Below are positions 25,641 through 38,119 of a stretch of 64,000 nt of DNA, piece after piece. Source of the stretch: Chiloscyllium plagiosum. Taxonomy: Eukaryota. Within the stretch, counting starts at the first letter, position 1; every line of letters starts with the position of its first letter. Location of the stretch: assembly GCF_004010195.1 (NCBI RefSeq), contig NC_057749.1:23011886-23075885 (forward strand), written 5' to 3'. A model generated the notes under the pieces. That model saw only the letters and a list, made by a program, of their open reading frames with translations. It did not search any database and was not told the origin of the DNA. The position numbers and the translations under genes are program-made.

Positions 25641-26099
25641 AACAGAACTTCCCTGGAAACACTCAGCATGGAAACACCCCACATGATTACCGGTGCAATC
25701 AATTTCTTGAACTCTTTGTTGATCCATTAAAGCAGATAAAACCGAGAAGGTTCGCCTTGTGCTTTCCATAGTCATGTCCAGGTTTGATTAGATTACCACC
25801 TGCACGAATAAAATCTGGTTGCTATGTTGCGCAATTCTTGGGCCCTTGTACTAGTCCAAAGGAGCCCATACTTATCAGCCCTTAATATAGTTTTATAGTG
25901 TACTACTGGAAAAATGTAGCTGGGTACAGGCACATGAAGCCCAACTGTCAGATCAGAAGCTTCGTCCATTCACAGGTCATGAGTTTCTGAATGCAACAGA
26001 TGAGCATTCATGAATTGTATAGTCTCAATTTCCTTATGTTTGATCCAGCAGCTGGAACACCACATCTAAAATGTTCTTACATTTAGATTTTAGATAGGT

Positions 26100-26590
26100 C
26101 TATCTGTGAATGTAGGTTTGCTCGCTGAGCTGGAAGGTTCATTTTCAGACGTTTCATCACCATACTGGGTAACATCATCAGTGAGCCTCCGAATGAAGCA
26201 CTGGTGCTGTAGCTCGCTTTCTATTTGTGTGTTTAGGTTTGCTTGGGTTCGTAATGTCATTTCCTGTTCTTTTTCTCAGCGGGTGGTAAATGGGACTCAA
26301 GTCAATGTGTTTGTTGATAGAGTTCCGGTTGGAATGCCATGCTTCCAGGAATTCTCATGCGTGGCTCTATTTGGCTTGTCCTAGGATGGATGTGTTGTCC
26401 CAGACGAAGTGGGGTCCTTCCTCATTTATGTGTAAGAATACGAGTGAGAGTGGGTCATGTCATTTTGTGGCGAGTTGATGTTCATGTATCCTGGTGGCTA
26501 GTTTTCTGCCTATTTGTCCAATGTAGTGTTTGTTATAGTTCTTGCAAAGTATTTTGTAAATGATATTTGTCTGTATAGGGTCTTTCTTTC
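26100..26590 (-). mobile_element. Penelope-like element (family D, Poseidon-like), GIY-YIG domain plus terminus
   Basis: Reverse strand: NIIYKILCKNYNKHYIGQIGRKLATRIHEH ... EFLEAWHSNRNSINKHIDLSPIYHPL, with internal stops. Confidence 0.85.
26145..26184 (-). ncRNA. Minimal type I hammerhead ribozyme motif (PLE family D)
   Basis: tca-CTGATGA-t-gttacc-cagtat-ggtgat-GAAA-CG-TC-tga; stem I tca/tga and a 6-bp stem II with two G-U pairs. Confidence 0.78.
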
Positions 26591-26707
26591 CCTACCCACT
26601 CATCATAACTTCAATTTCTGAAAAATAATGTGAGGAGATAAACTCAAAGAATTTACATTTGTACAGCACATTTCACATCCTCAGGATGCACAAAAGAACT
26701 CTGTGCC

Positions 26708-27460
26708 ATTATACACCTAATTGTAGGACCCTGGGGAGTGTTGCTGAGCAAAGAGACCTTGGGGTGCAGGTTCATAGTTCCTTGAAGGTGGCGTCACAGG
26801 TAGATAGGGTAATGAAGGTGGCGTTTGGTGTGCCTGTCTTTATTGACACTGAGTATAGAAGTTGGGAGGTCATGTTGCAGCTGTACATGACATTGATTCG
26901 GCCACTTTTGAAATACTGCATGCAATTCAGGTCTCCCTGCTATAGGAAAGATATTTTTAAATTTAAAGGGTACAGAAAAGAGTTACAAGCATGTTGCCAG
27001 GGTTGGAGGATTTGAGCGACAGGGAGTGACTGAATAGGCTGGAGCAGTTTTCCGTGGAGCATTGGAGGATGAGGGATGACAACATGGAGCTTTATGAAAT
27101 AATGAGGGGCGTGGCTAGAGTGAATAACCAAGGTCTTTTCCCCAGGATAGGGGAGTCCAAAACGAGAGGACATAAGTTGAAGGTGAGAGGGGAAAGATTT
27201 AAAAGGGACCTAAGAGGCAGCTTTTTCATACAGAGGGTAGTGGGGTATGGAATGAGTTGCCAGAGAAAGTGGTGGAGGCTGGTACAATTACAGCATTTAA
27301 AAGGGATATGGATGGGTATATGAATAGGAAGGGTTTAGAGGGAAATGGGCCAAATGCTGGCAAATGGGACTAGATTAATTCAGGATTTCTGGTTGGCATG
27401 GACAGGTTGGACCAAAAAGGGTCTGTTTCCATGCTACACAATTGTATGATTTATGACTCT
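26708..27460 (+). mobile_element. CR1/HER1-type LINE 3' fragment
   Basis: RTLGSVAEQRDLGVQVHSSLKVASQVDRV...; tail tatgatttatgactcta. Confidence 0.9.
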
Positions 27461-27704
27461 AAACGAAAATGTTTGAAGTGCAGGCACAGTTGTAATGTAC
27501 CAAACATGACAGCCATTTGAGCAGAAAAACATCCCACACAGAATAGAGAATTAAACACTTTCTTTAAATAGTGCCAAAGAATGTTTACATCTACATAAAA
27601 CACCAAGAGATACCAAATAAATCAGAGGAGCTACATTACTACTTCTCCAACGGGGCATATCTGGGAGAGATGTCACGGTGACTTAAACACTAAAAACCTA
27701 AACA

Positions 27705-27850
27705 ATGAACTGCGGATGTTAGAAACCTGAAACAAAAACACAAATTGTTGGAGAAACACACTAGGGTCTGGCAGTATCTGTGGATAGAAAGCAAAGTTAA
27801 GGTTTCCAGCCCAGTGACCCTTCTTCAGAACTGACGGTAGCCAGGAAAAG
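27705..27850 (-). mobile_element. PLE family C terminus with decayed hammerhead (27796-27831)
   Basis: Reverse complement gtt-CTGAAGA-a-gggtc-actg-ggctg-GAAA-CC-TT-aac. Related copies at about 19075-19168, 29330-29455, 30088-30170, 30695-30830 and 48665-48770. Confidence 0.65.
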
Positions 27851-28464
27851 GGAAAATATACTCTTTTCAGCCAGCTGAACGTTTACTGTTAGAAGCTTAA
27901 AACAATATCTGTATATGACGTTTAAACTGTTAGTTGAATGAATTGTTGAAAAACATTAAAAAGGTTAAAACAAATTGTTTTATTTTAACACCACTGATTT
28001 CCAAGGTTAATAATTCACCATTAGACCAAATTGGGAGTGAACCAACAGATCCCAAATCGATACCATTGCAGAGGGAATTTCCTCCATTCTGGTTAGCAAA
28101 AGGTAGCCCCATCAGCTAAGTCCAATTTGCAGTTTATTTTCAAAGTCTGAAGAACCATTTAAAAATCTCTGCCCCCTTCATCCAGCAATGGGAGTTACAC
28201 AAGTCCTTTGGTCCTGACTTTTCAAGGTATCTAGCGGTGCCTTGAAATGTTAAAGTTACTACGAAAAGTAATAAAGGAGAAAAAGATGGACAGACAGAAT
28301 TGAATGGAAAATGAAGAGAAAGAGATAGTTACTTTCAGGATTGAGATATCAACTCTATAATCACACCCGACCTACTCTTCGCAAATCTATGTTCACTCTG
28401 ATCAGCTCAAAGTTACTATGTTTCAGATCTTCAGTATCTTTTTCACAAATTATGATGATCAGAC

Positions 28465-28700
28465 TGATCTGTAAATGTGGGAGACAGCTTTGCAGAACAC
28501 CCCTGTTCTGTCTGTAGGTATGTCCCTGACCTCCCAGTTGTTTATCATTTCATTAAACCACTTTGCTCTTTTGCTAACATTCCTGTCCTAAGCTTGCTAC
28601 ATTGTTCTAATTAAGCACAAAGGAAGTTCAAGGAACGATACCTAATTTCCCTTTTACGTACCTACAGCTTCAATATTGAATTCCATAACTTCAGAAATTG
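28465..28700 (+). mobile_element. Old Penelope-like endonuclease C-terminal fragment
   Basis: GDSFAEHPCSV...DLPVVYHF resembles the xDRFxEHL...xAxHFN segment in the family A copies. Confidence 0.55.
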
Positions 28701-28904
28701 ACCACACTATGTCTGTTCTCTGTTTCTCTGACATTGTTTCCTCCTTACCCCTGTCCTCAGTCTTGTTATGCTTGTTTCTTTACTTTACTGACAGTAGGGA
28801 GGATCTCTCTCTTTGACGTCCATTTCATATCTCTCTCTTTTTCTCCACATTAACAATCACTTTGTCTTTTGCACTAGACTTTTGCCACTGTCAAAAGTCC
28901 GTTA

Positions 28905-29298
28905 AAAAACTGCATGAATCCATGTAAGATTCTACAAATCCCTTTTCTAGAAATAGGATCAGTCTGAACATTGGGGCACAGACAGATTGACTATAACCTC
29001 ACACCTCCAATGTATTATCTGAGCTGACATGGCACCTATTGTTAAAGATATCTTGAGAATGTGACTTTAAAAAAAGTTCTGGAATTTACTTATGAAACCA
29101 ACATGGTCATTCTAAAAGATGAGACTTAACAAACAATCCATTCAATATATCATTTCAGTTACATCACACTGTAAACGTTTGCTATAAATTCTGTGTCTTA
29201 CACTCCACAACCACCTGATGACGAAGCAGCGCTCCGAAAGCTAGTGCTTCGAAACAAACCTGTTGGACTGTAACCTGGTGTTGTGTGATTTCTAACTA
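28905..29298 (+). mobile_element. PLE family B terminal region
   Basis: Ends in aaacctgttggactgtaacctggtgttgtgtgatt, shared with copies near 3698, 18144, 41102 and 46458. Confidence 0.6.
29212..29246 (+). ncRNA. Minimal type I hammerhead ribozyme motif (PLE family B)
   Basis: cac-CTGATGA-c-gaagc-agc-gctcc-GAAA-GC-TA-gtg; stem I cac/gtg, palindromic AGCT, one stem II mismatch. Confidence 0.7.
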
Positions 29299-30244
29299 AA
29301 AAAATTCCAAAACTGTTCACTTCCTCAGCAGTCATACCAGACTTGAATCTCTGTTTCTTTCTTCATCGATGCTGCCAGACCTGCTGGGTTTCTCCAGCAC
29401 TTTGTACCTGTTTCAGGTTTCAGATTTCCAGCATCCACAGCGTTTTGCTTTTATTGATCTGTAATCTCCAGGTATAGTCAGCCATTCTTTAATGATAACC
29501 TTCCAAACAAGAACCTGGTTCTCAAATCAAGAAAACTTTGGCTGTGACACGAATGTGATGTTTTCTCTGCTTGTTTGTATATCCTGGGAAGAAATCATCC
29601 AGTACTTAGACAAAATAAGCATCACAATTGCTGATCTTGGAAACAGTGCAATGTTGCCACTCTTTTACCATTTCCCCTAACAAAACTTTCACAGGAAGAG
29701 ATGCTAATGTGTTGATTTTAAACATTACTCTGTAAAGTTGCCCTGAAGTCTATACTTGGAGCTCTCATTTCAAATAATTTGATTCCCTCTGGCAGTAATT
29801 TGTTTTTGGTTAGCAGAATTTTAACAGGCTTCAATATATTGGGGGAAAGTGTTATGTTTTCGAAAATGCATGCCGAAATCCAAATGTTTTAATTTCTCTC
29901 TTCTACCATGTCAGTACAACCCTCAAAAAAAATTGAGTAGCTAATGAGGTCCACAGAGAATACTGACACAATCACTACTTCCCATGCTCTTAAATGTCTT
30001 TTACTTCAACGTAAAGGCTAATGGCATCTCTTTCAGAAGATCATCCTCTGCAGAAATCTTGTGCCGAGCACAAAGAAGAGCCTGTCTAGTCCTGAAGAAG
30101 GGTCATTGGACTGGAAACATTAACTTTGCCTTCCCTCCAACAAATGCTGCCAGACCTGCTGAGTTTTCTGCTCTTGTTCAGGATTCTGACTGTCATTTTG
30201 AGATAAATCGGGGAAGGTTAGGATTTTTAATCTGAATAAACCAT

Positions 30245-30630
30245 GGGAATGATGGCATGGTGACAATGTTACTGGACTAGCATTCAAACAGTCTGAGACA
30301 CAAGTTGATATCCTACCATGGCAGTGGGCTGAATGGTCTTCTTTTGTGTATAACCATTCTCTGATTTGATATTAATAAAACTGGAATTTTAAAAAAAAGA
30401 GTCTCAGTGGAGTGACAACTAAAATACAAGAATGTTGTAAAAGCCTCATCTGCTTCATTCATGCAAGGTAGATAAGGTGCTGGAAGTGTACATTTGACTC
30501 CATGATGTCACATGGAATCAAACATTGGCGAGGAAAACTCCTCCTGAATACTACCATATGCTTTGCCTCCATGTTGAACTCTACACGCAAGAAGCTCTAA
30601 GTGTAGTGAAAGTTAGAACATATTCAAAGT
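30245..30630 (+). mobile_element. Old family X head followed by endonuclease-like sequence (second LINE 5' end)
   Basis: tRNA-like head at 30245-30325; 30500-30556 resembles 34751-34810 of the LINE endonuclease region. Confidence 0.5.
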
Positions 30631-31140
30631 GGTCGCAACATGACTCACCAAAGTCAACAGGCACTAGATATATGAGCTTTCTTTAGAACTACCCATTCTG
30701 AAGAAGAATTGGACTTGAAACATTATCTCTGTTTCTCTCTCCACGGATGTTGCCAGACCTGCTGAGTTTCTCCAGTATTCGTTGTGCTTGTTTCAGATTT
30801 CCAGCATCTGCAATATTTTGCCTTTATCAGGCACTGGGTATGCTCTGGTCAATAAATGGAACAAAACGCCCTTAGAAATTCATTAAGGGAACTCAGCAGA
30901 AATCTAGATAGGCCTTTTCCTGTTATGAAGCAACTGTTTTGTGAATTAAGAAGTTTCACTGGCACAGTGAGAAGAAATTCCAGTACGAGCACCAAGAAGC
31001 AGCAATGAGTTTTGGTTACCACATTGCCTTCTTGGGAACTTGTCAAAATATTAGACACTGCACCACCCAACTTTTCTGATGACTCAATAGAAAGTTGAGT
31101 AAGCCACGTGTGATTCAAGGCTGAACTTGTAGCTTACCCT

Positions 31141-31378
31141 AGGAAAAAGTGGGTACTGCAGATGGTGGAGATCAGAGTCTAGATGAGAGTGGTGCTGGAA
31201 AAGCACAGCAGGTCAGGCAGCATCCAAGGAGCAGGAAAATTGACATTTCAGGCAAAAGCCCTTCCTAATGAAGGGAGACGTCAATTACTGATGAAGGGCT
31301 TTTGCCCGAAATGTCGATTTTCGTGCTCCTCGGATACTGCCTGACCTGCTGTGCTTTTCCAGCACCACTCTAATCTAG
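31141..31378. mobile_element. Palindromic PLE family A mini-element
   Basis: About 90-bp inverted arms meeting at hammerhead motifs (plus-strand core 31288-31315, CTGATGA...GAAA-TGTC); 16-bp TSD acttg(t/c)agcttaccct (31125-31140 / 31379-31394). Confidence 0.85.
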
Positions 31379-31399
31379 ACTTGCAGCTTACCCTGATAA

Positions 31400-31497
31400 A
31401 CAAAGTTGACAGGCAGGAGGCTGGAAGAACACAGCAAGCCAGGCTGCATCAGGAGTTGGAGAAGTCGGTGTTTCGGGTGTAACCCTTCTTCAGGACA
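31400..31497 (-). mobile_element. PLE family E terminus with mutated hammerhead (31464-31496)
   Basis: gtc-CTGAAGA-a-gggt-tac-accc-GAAA-CA-CC-gac; stems intact, cleavage motif mutated. Confidence 0.6.
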
Positions 31498-32301
31498 GAT
31501 ATACAAGACAATCTTGTGCAGTGAATATGAATTCAGAGCGAGGACACAATCTGATCAATACTCGCTGCACACTGGGGATTCCCCATTGGCAAATGTCAAA
31601 CACATGGGAGTGGGAATTAGGAGACAAGTTCAATTCTGGGCTATGAGCCAGCTCTCATTTTCAACCTCCTGGGAAGCAGGATTTTCCAAGGGACAGGGTC
31701 TTACTAACACCACAGATGATGATTTTACTATCCAGTTAATGTGCGGGGCTTGGGATGAATGGAAGTAGGAGACCAGGAAACTGGTCCACATTCTCATCGT
31801 ATTATTGGTCTCACAAGGCTGCTAAAGAACATTTCTGAAGAATGCTTACAGAACATGTTGATCGAGCTAAGGAAAACATTAGCTTTCTTGAAAGAAACAT
31901 CCTACTGTAGCGTCAACTTACCAGGCGGCTATGGAAGGGAACAAGATCATGTGACATTGCATCACTTCCTGTGATGACATATCCTGTGCCCCATTATAAC
32001 ACATTATGTGGTCAAACTTCAACCCCTTACGCCACAACTGTACCCAACCTGACAACCAGGAATGTTTCCGAAGTTAAACTTTCCATTATTGTGAAGGCCA
32101 TTAAGAAGCATTTAGAACAGGGTGGGCCATGATAGTAGGGCTAAAAGCTTAAAAAGATGAGAGAGACAGACAAAGAATGGCAGATTTTGGGCGACAATTC
32201 AAACTTAAGGCAGCTACATGACATTGCCAATAAAGAAAGACCTGCATTATGGTTAACTGTCCTCAGTCCAAGATTACACGATGACTGACTACATATCAGG
32301 C

Positions 32302-32492
32302 TGGGAGAAAGTGAGGGCTGCAGATATTGGAGATCAGAGTCGGGAGTGTGGTGCTGGAAAAGCACAGCAGGTCAGGCAGCATCCGAGGAGCTGGACAGTC
32401 GACAATTCGGACATAAGCCTGATTCGGTGTTGACTCTCCTGCTCCCTGGATGCCGTCTGACCTGCTGTGCTTTTCCAGCGCCACACTCTCTA
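32302..32492. mobile_element. Palindromic PLE family A mini-element
   Basis: Inverted arms; flanking direct repeat atatcaggc (32293-32301 / 32494-32502). Confidence 0.8.
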
Positions 32493-32567
32493 GATATCAG
32501 GCAAGCAGTAGTCAGGAAACTTACAACATAGCTTCTGGATCCAGGGACTAATATACTATTTAAAGCG

Positions 32568-32795
32568 AGGCAAAAGTGAGGACTGCAGATGCTGGAAACC
32601 AGAGTTTAGATCAGAGTGGTGCTGGAAAAGCACAGCGGGTCAGGCAGCATCTGAGGACCAGGAAACGTGATGTTTCAGGCAAAAGCCCTTCATCATTCCT
32701 GATGATGAAAGACTTTTGCCTGAAATGTCGATTTTCCTGCTCCTCGGATGCTGTCTGACCCGTTGTGCTTTTCCAGCACCACTCTGATCTAAACT
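32568..32795. mobile_element. Palindromic PLE family A mini-element
   Basis: Imperfect palindrome 32603-32795 centred on two back-to-back decayed hammerheads; taaagcga on both flanks. Confidence 0.85.
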
Positions 32796-34019
32796 ATCAT
32801 ATAAAGCGACCCAACAAATTTGTTGACTCTTCAACAAATATCCAGACAACTTTTTTTGCTCCATCGCATTAGGAATGTGAGGTAGAGACCTCTTCTTGGC
32901 GATGAATATATCCCCATCACCAATTCTTAACCGACATGGTCTCTCAACATTCTGCACATGGTGTTCCAGGCCCTCAGTTAAACCCAGTGATCTTCATACC
33001 CACCACACCCACTGTTCAACCTCTTTTCTAACCACATTCAGTCAGTGGTAATTCCTTCTTTTGTTTCCACTTAGGGATCTGACTGGATTGAGATGGGTCA
33101 GTTGGCTCTGTCTCTGTGCTGCCGCCTGATACAGTGGCAGTGACTGGGAACTTTCATATACATCCAGGGAGTTTGGTTCGGGGTGCTCTCAAGTCCTAAC
33201 GTTTCAGATTGTTCTGTGGAGAGAGCACAAAGGTAGATGTCACCATTTGGCCATCGAGGTAGGTTTAGAGTACTGAAGGTCTTCTAGATGGGCAAAGCAG
33301 ATAGGGCTATTCATGAACAGGATCTGTAAGATTCAGCACGCGTTCTAAGTTTTGCAGATTACACCACTCATCTGATAAAAGATGCTCTGGCAATGCTTAA
33401 GGCAAGACAAGTTGGCATTGACTGAGATGCCTGCTAGCAACAATTATGGCTTTTCTCCATTCCAAAAGTTTTAATTGTTTCTTCTGGAGATGTCACACTT
33501 CAATACACAGGCTCGCTGGATTGTCAGACAAAAATGAGTTTTGTTTACTTGTATGCCGTTGCGTTGTGTTTATGAAAGATTTCTGAGAGTGTGGTGAACC
33601 CGCTGTTACCATCATTGATGAGTTCCTCCTCAACTCAATCTCTTGAATGTTGATTAGAGGATGGCGGAAGGGAAATGCCAAGAGGCAACATGGCCCCCTC
33701 CTCTTTGTCCTCTCGTCCATAATCCAATTATTCCTGGGTTTGTTGAATGTTGGCATCAGTGTATTTTGCAGCCGTGGTGGTTACTGGGTGTAGCCACACA
33801 GGAGGGTTGGTTTAGCAGTCAGGAAGGTAATTCCCTTTTTTGTTCATGAACCAAGCAAAGGTAAGCTCTGGATGGAGCCTTTCACAGAACTTCAGGAACA
33901 CTGAACAGTACCAAAGTGTAAAGACAGAGTGTGCGATCCAGCAGATTAGAAGGGGATAAGGAACAGATAGATTGCAGGGTCAAATTCCCGATATAAAACA
34001 TATACTTCGACCACCATCA

Positions 34020-34235
34020 TAACAACTAGGGGCAAGAATAGGCAGTTCCACCCCTCAAGCCCACTCCACCATTTAATATGATCATGGCTGATCTCATCTC
34101 TGTTTCAACTCCACTTTCCTGCCCGCTTCCCATAACCCTTCCACCCCGTTACTAATTAAAAATCTGTCTACCTCCTCCTTAAATGTATTCGATGTTCCAG
34201 TGTCCACCACAGTCTGGGATACAGAATTCCACAGC
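34020..34235 (-). mobile_element. CR1 3' end fragment
   Basis: Reverse complement of gtggaattc ... gatcagccatgatc-type CR1 tail. Confidence 0.7.
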
Positions 34236-35036
34236 TGAGGGCACATGGGTATTGGCACTGGATTCATAATCCAAGAGAACCCAGGTAATATCCTGAGGAT
34301 CCAGGTTCAAATCACATTGCTGCAGATAGTTTTTTTATGGAATTCAAATTGTACTAAGGCTTTGAAAAGGCAAATGATGATCTTGTCGTAAATCGCTCAC
34401 TGGCAATTCTCATTAAGGAAAGAAAAGCCATCAGCCTTTCGCCATCTGTCCTACAAGTGACTCCAAACCCACAGCATTGTTGAGTCTGTGCTCTGAAATA
34501 ACCGAGCAAGTCACTCACACATGCAACCGCTAGGAAAGTATAAAGGAATGAAACTGGACATCAGGCAACTCCTCTTTACAATAGACCCCAGATGGGAAAG
34601 CTGTCTCACAGACTAGTCAAGCAACAGCCTGACATACTCATATTCACATACCTTCCACACCATTGTCCATGACAATGCCATCAAAATCCCAGAGGAGACA
34701 ACACAGTATTGTAGAGTGAGGAAGAAATCCCCAACATGGACTTTAGAGCCAATGAAGACTAATGGCTTCAGGTCAAATATAGACAAGGAAACCTCTCACT
34801 AAATACCACATGCCACTACACTGTTTCCTCTATCCCCATGGCTGATTAATCAGTACTACTCTGTGTTCACCTAGAGGCGGCGCTAAGGGTGGAAAGGACA
34901 CATTATGTACTCTGGGTGGGGGATTTCAGCGTCCACTACTATTGGCCAAACTGGTCGGGTCTTAATGGACTACTCTGCATAACTGGGCCTGTGGATCTGC
35001 CACAAAAGGGGAAAAAAACTTACCTAACCTGATCCT

Positions 35037-35176
35037 CGGAGAAAGTGAGGACTGCAAATGCTGGAGGCCAGAGTTGAAGAGCGTGGCGCTGGAAAAGCAC
35101 AGCCGGAGAATACTGAAGAATGCTCCTTGGATGCTGCCTGACTGGCTGTGCACTTCCAGTGCCACACTCTTAGACT
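35037..35176. mobile_element. Palindromic PLE family A mini-element
   Basis: Inverted arms; 13-bp TSD cta(a/g)cctgatcct (35024-35036 / 35177-35189). Confidence 0.75.
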
Positions 35177-35251
35177 CTAGCCTGATCCTATCCAATCTGC
35201 CTGCCACAGAGGCACCTATCACTGAGCGACCACCACATAGCTGTTCCTCAG

Positions 35252-35901
35252 TCGAAGGCGTTTGGTATGCTTTCTTTTATTGGTCAGAGTATTGAGTACA
35301 GGAGTTGGGAGGGCATGTTGCGGCTGTACAGGACATTGGTTAGGCCACTGTTGAAATATTGCGTGCAAATCTGATCTCCTTCCTATCGGAAAGATGTTGT
35401 GAAAATTGAAAGGGTTCAGAAAAGATTCACAAGGATGTTGCCAGGGTTGGAATATTTGAGCTATAGGGAGAGGCTGAACAGGCTGGGGCTGTTTTCCCTG
35501 GAGCGTCTGAGGCTGAGGGGTGACCTTAGGGGTTTACAAAATTATGAGGGGCATGGATAGGGTAAATAGGCAAAGTCTTTTCTCTGGGGTGGGGGAGTTC
35601 AGAACTAGAGGGCATAGGTTTAGGGTGAGAGGGGAAAGATATAAGAGAGAGACCTGAGGGGCAACTTTTTCCACACAGAGGGTGGTACGGGTATGGAATG
35701 AGCTGCCAGAGGATGTGGTGGAGGCTGGTATAATTGCAACATTTAAGAGGCATTTCAATGGGTATATGAATAGGAAGGGTTTGGAGGGATATGGGCCGGG
35801 TGCTGGCAGGTGAGACTAGATTGGGTTGGGATATCTGATCAGCATGAACGAGTTGGACCGAAGGGTCTGCTTCAATGCTGTAAATCTCTATGATTCTATG
35901 A
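35252..35901 (+). mobile_element. Young CR1/HER1-type LINE 3' fragment
   Basis: Highly similar to 38490-39140. Confidence 0.92.
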
Positions 35902-36179
35902 CCCATCTTCACATTGAGAATGTTCTCCATCGTGTTGTGTGGCACTATCCCTGTGCTAAATGGGATAAACTTCGAACAGATCTAAAAACTCAAGACTGGG
36001 CAACCAAGCGGCATTGTGGGCCATCAGCGGCAGCTGAATTGTACTCCAATACAACCTGTAAGCTCATGGCCCGGCATATCCCCTACTTTACCATCACCAT
36101 CATGCCACTGAATCAGCACTGGTTCAAGAGAGAGTGCAGGAGGGAATGCCAGGAGCAACACCAGGCATACCTAAAAATA

Positions 36180-36306
36180 AGGCAAAAGTGAGGACTGCAG
36201 ATGCTGGGGATCAGAGTCGAGGGGGTGGTGCTGGAAAAGCACAGCAAGTCAGGCAGCATCCAAGGAGCAGGAAAATCGACGTTCTGGGCAAAAGTCCTTC
36301 ATCAGG
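36180..36306 (-). mobile_element. PLE family A terminus ending at the hammerhead
   Basis: Reverse complement cCTGATGAaggacttttgcccAGAAcgtcg; GAAA box mutated. Confidence 0.8.
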
Positions 36307-36389
36307 TGCCAATCTGGTGAAGCCACAACACAAGACTACCTGTGTGCCAATAATAGCAAATACAGTCCTGTTGATTCTTAAACACCTCA

Positions 36390-37135
36390 TAATTAACCTT
36401 ATTGTCAAAATCATTTGGCAAAATTCCTTCAACACCAGACCTCTCCAACAAGCACCAAGGCAGAATTTTAAAGAAACGTACTACTTGTGACATCCTTCAT
36501 GCATGCCCACACTCTCTTGCACCATCAGACACCCTTGAAGAGGGTAGAGACTGTCACACATCTCCTTCTCGAACGTGCCTTTTGTAAAGGAAGTCTGGAG
36601 GGAGACGCAGTGTTTTTTTTGTAGAGGTTCGTCCCCAGCAGCACCGAGACATGGGACTCTGTGTTCCACGGTCTGTTCCCCAGGACGTACACTGAGACAA
36701 ACATCAACTGACCCTTGAGGACCATCAACTCAGTGAAAGACCCTCTTTGGTCTGTCTATTGGTCTTCCAGAGAAAGGAGTTGACCCCAACCGAGTGTTGC
36801 AGACTGGCACATGCCAAGGTCCAGGACAATGCGCTGAAGGACACAGTGAAGCTTAGAGCAGCTGCTGCTGAAGGCAAGGTGGGGAAAGATCACTGTCTGA
36901 GGTCTTTCTGCCAAAGTCCAACAAGGGTCCATTCAGTCATCAGATCCGCTCACTGTCTTGATGTACGTATTAGCATCCTGCACGAGTAGGAAACGTCTTC
37001 GTATTTGGAACTTCAGGGAAAGATCAAATTCCTAAGTTTGGTTTTTCTTTTCAGCAAAGTCTGTATAGAACTGCTTTTGTACTGTGTACGTACATCAAGA
37101 TTTTTATTATGAATGAAGTATAATTTGCAATTAAA
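36390..37135 (+). mobile_element. Tx1/L1-like LINE 3' fragment
   Basis: ETVTHLLLERAF (zinc-knuckle remnant), RFVPSS..WDSVFHGLFP, LLVFQRKELTPTECCRLAHAKVQD; AT-rich 3' end. Confidence 0.7.
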
Positions 37136-37139
37136 AACG

Positions 37140-37250
37140 CTTTATAATCAATCTGTTCAAAGATGTTATTACACGCCTCAGGTGCAGGCTGGAACATGAA
37201 CTCAGGCCTTCTAGTCTAGAGGTAGGGACACTATTACTGCCCCACAAGAG
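37140..37250 (-). mobile_element. Short tRNA-derived SINE (also about 15480-15560 +, 42490-42595 -, 45620-45732 +)
   Basis: Shared pattern gtggcgcagtg.tagtgtccctacc ... ggttcaagtccca ... aacatctctgaacaggttg. Confidence 0.6.
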
Positions 37251-38119
37251 CGCCATTTTTCAGGATATTGTCCTAGGCTCAACCATCTTCAGCTACTTCA
37301 TCAATGACCTTCCCTTCATCATTAGGTCAGAAGTGGGGATGTTTGCCGATGATTGCAAGTGTTCAGCACCATTCACGATTCCTCAGCTACTAAAGCAGTC
37401 CATATCCAAATGCAACAAGATCTGGACAATATCCAGGTCTGGGCTGACAAGTGGCAAGTAATATTCATACCAATCAATTACCAGGCAGTGACCATCTCCA
37501 CGGACTGACAATTTAATCAATGCTCCTTGACATTAAATTTCATGACCATCACTGAAGCCTCTACTATCAACATCCTGCAGGTGCCCATTGACCAAGAACT
37601 GAACTGGACTTACCACATAAACGCTGTGCCTACAAAAGTAGGTCAGATGACAGGAATTCTGCAACAAGTAACTGATCTTTGAATCTCCAAAACCTGTCCA
37701 CAAATTAGGAGTGTGACGCAACACTCGTCACTTGGATGTGTGCAACTCTAACAACACTCAAGAAGTTTGACAGCATTCAGGACAAAGCTGCCCACTTGAT
37801 TGGCGCGACATCTACAAACATTCATTCCCATACATTCAGTAGTGGCAGTGTGTGCTTTTCACAAGCTGCACCGCAGAAATTCACCAAGACTTCACAATGA
37901 TAGAAGATTAGAGCTTTATCCTGACATGTCACCAAAGGGTAATATTGAACAACACACAACAATACACCGAAAATTCAATTATACTTTTCTTTTGAACAAC
38001 ACGCTTTGGACAGAGAGATTCGATGTGCTGAAGGCTATTTGATAGCTCGATAGTCATTTCTTTTTCTCTAGACTAGCAACAGACGACAAAGTAATTAGGA
38101 TTGGAACAAGGATTGTTCC

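Noticed and set aside
27996..28081. Possible plus-strand exon VNNSPLDQIGSEPTDPKSIPLQREFPPFW
   Set aside because: Weak splice sites and no recognisable homology.
30037..30090. Peptide EDHPLQKSCAEHKEEPV, B-box-like
   Set aside because: Too short, ends in a stop next to a PLE terminus, no supporting exons.
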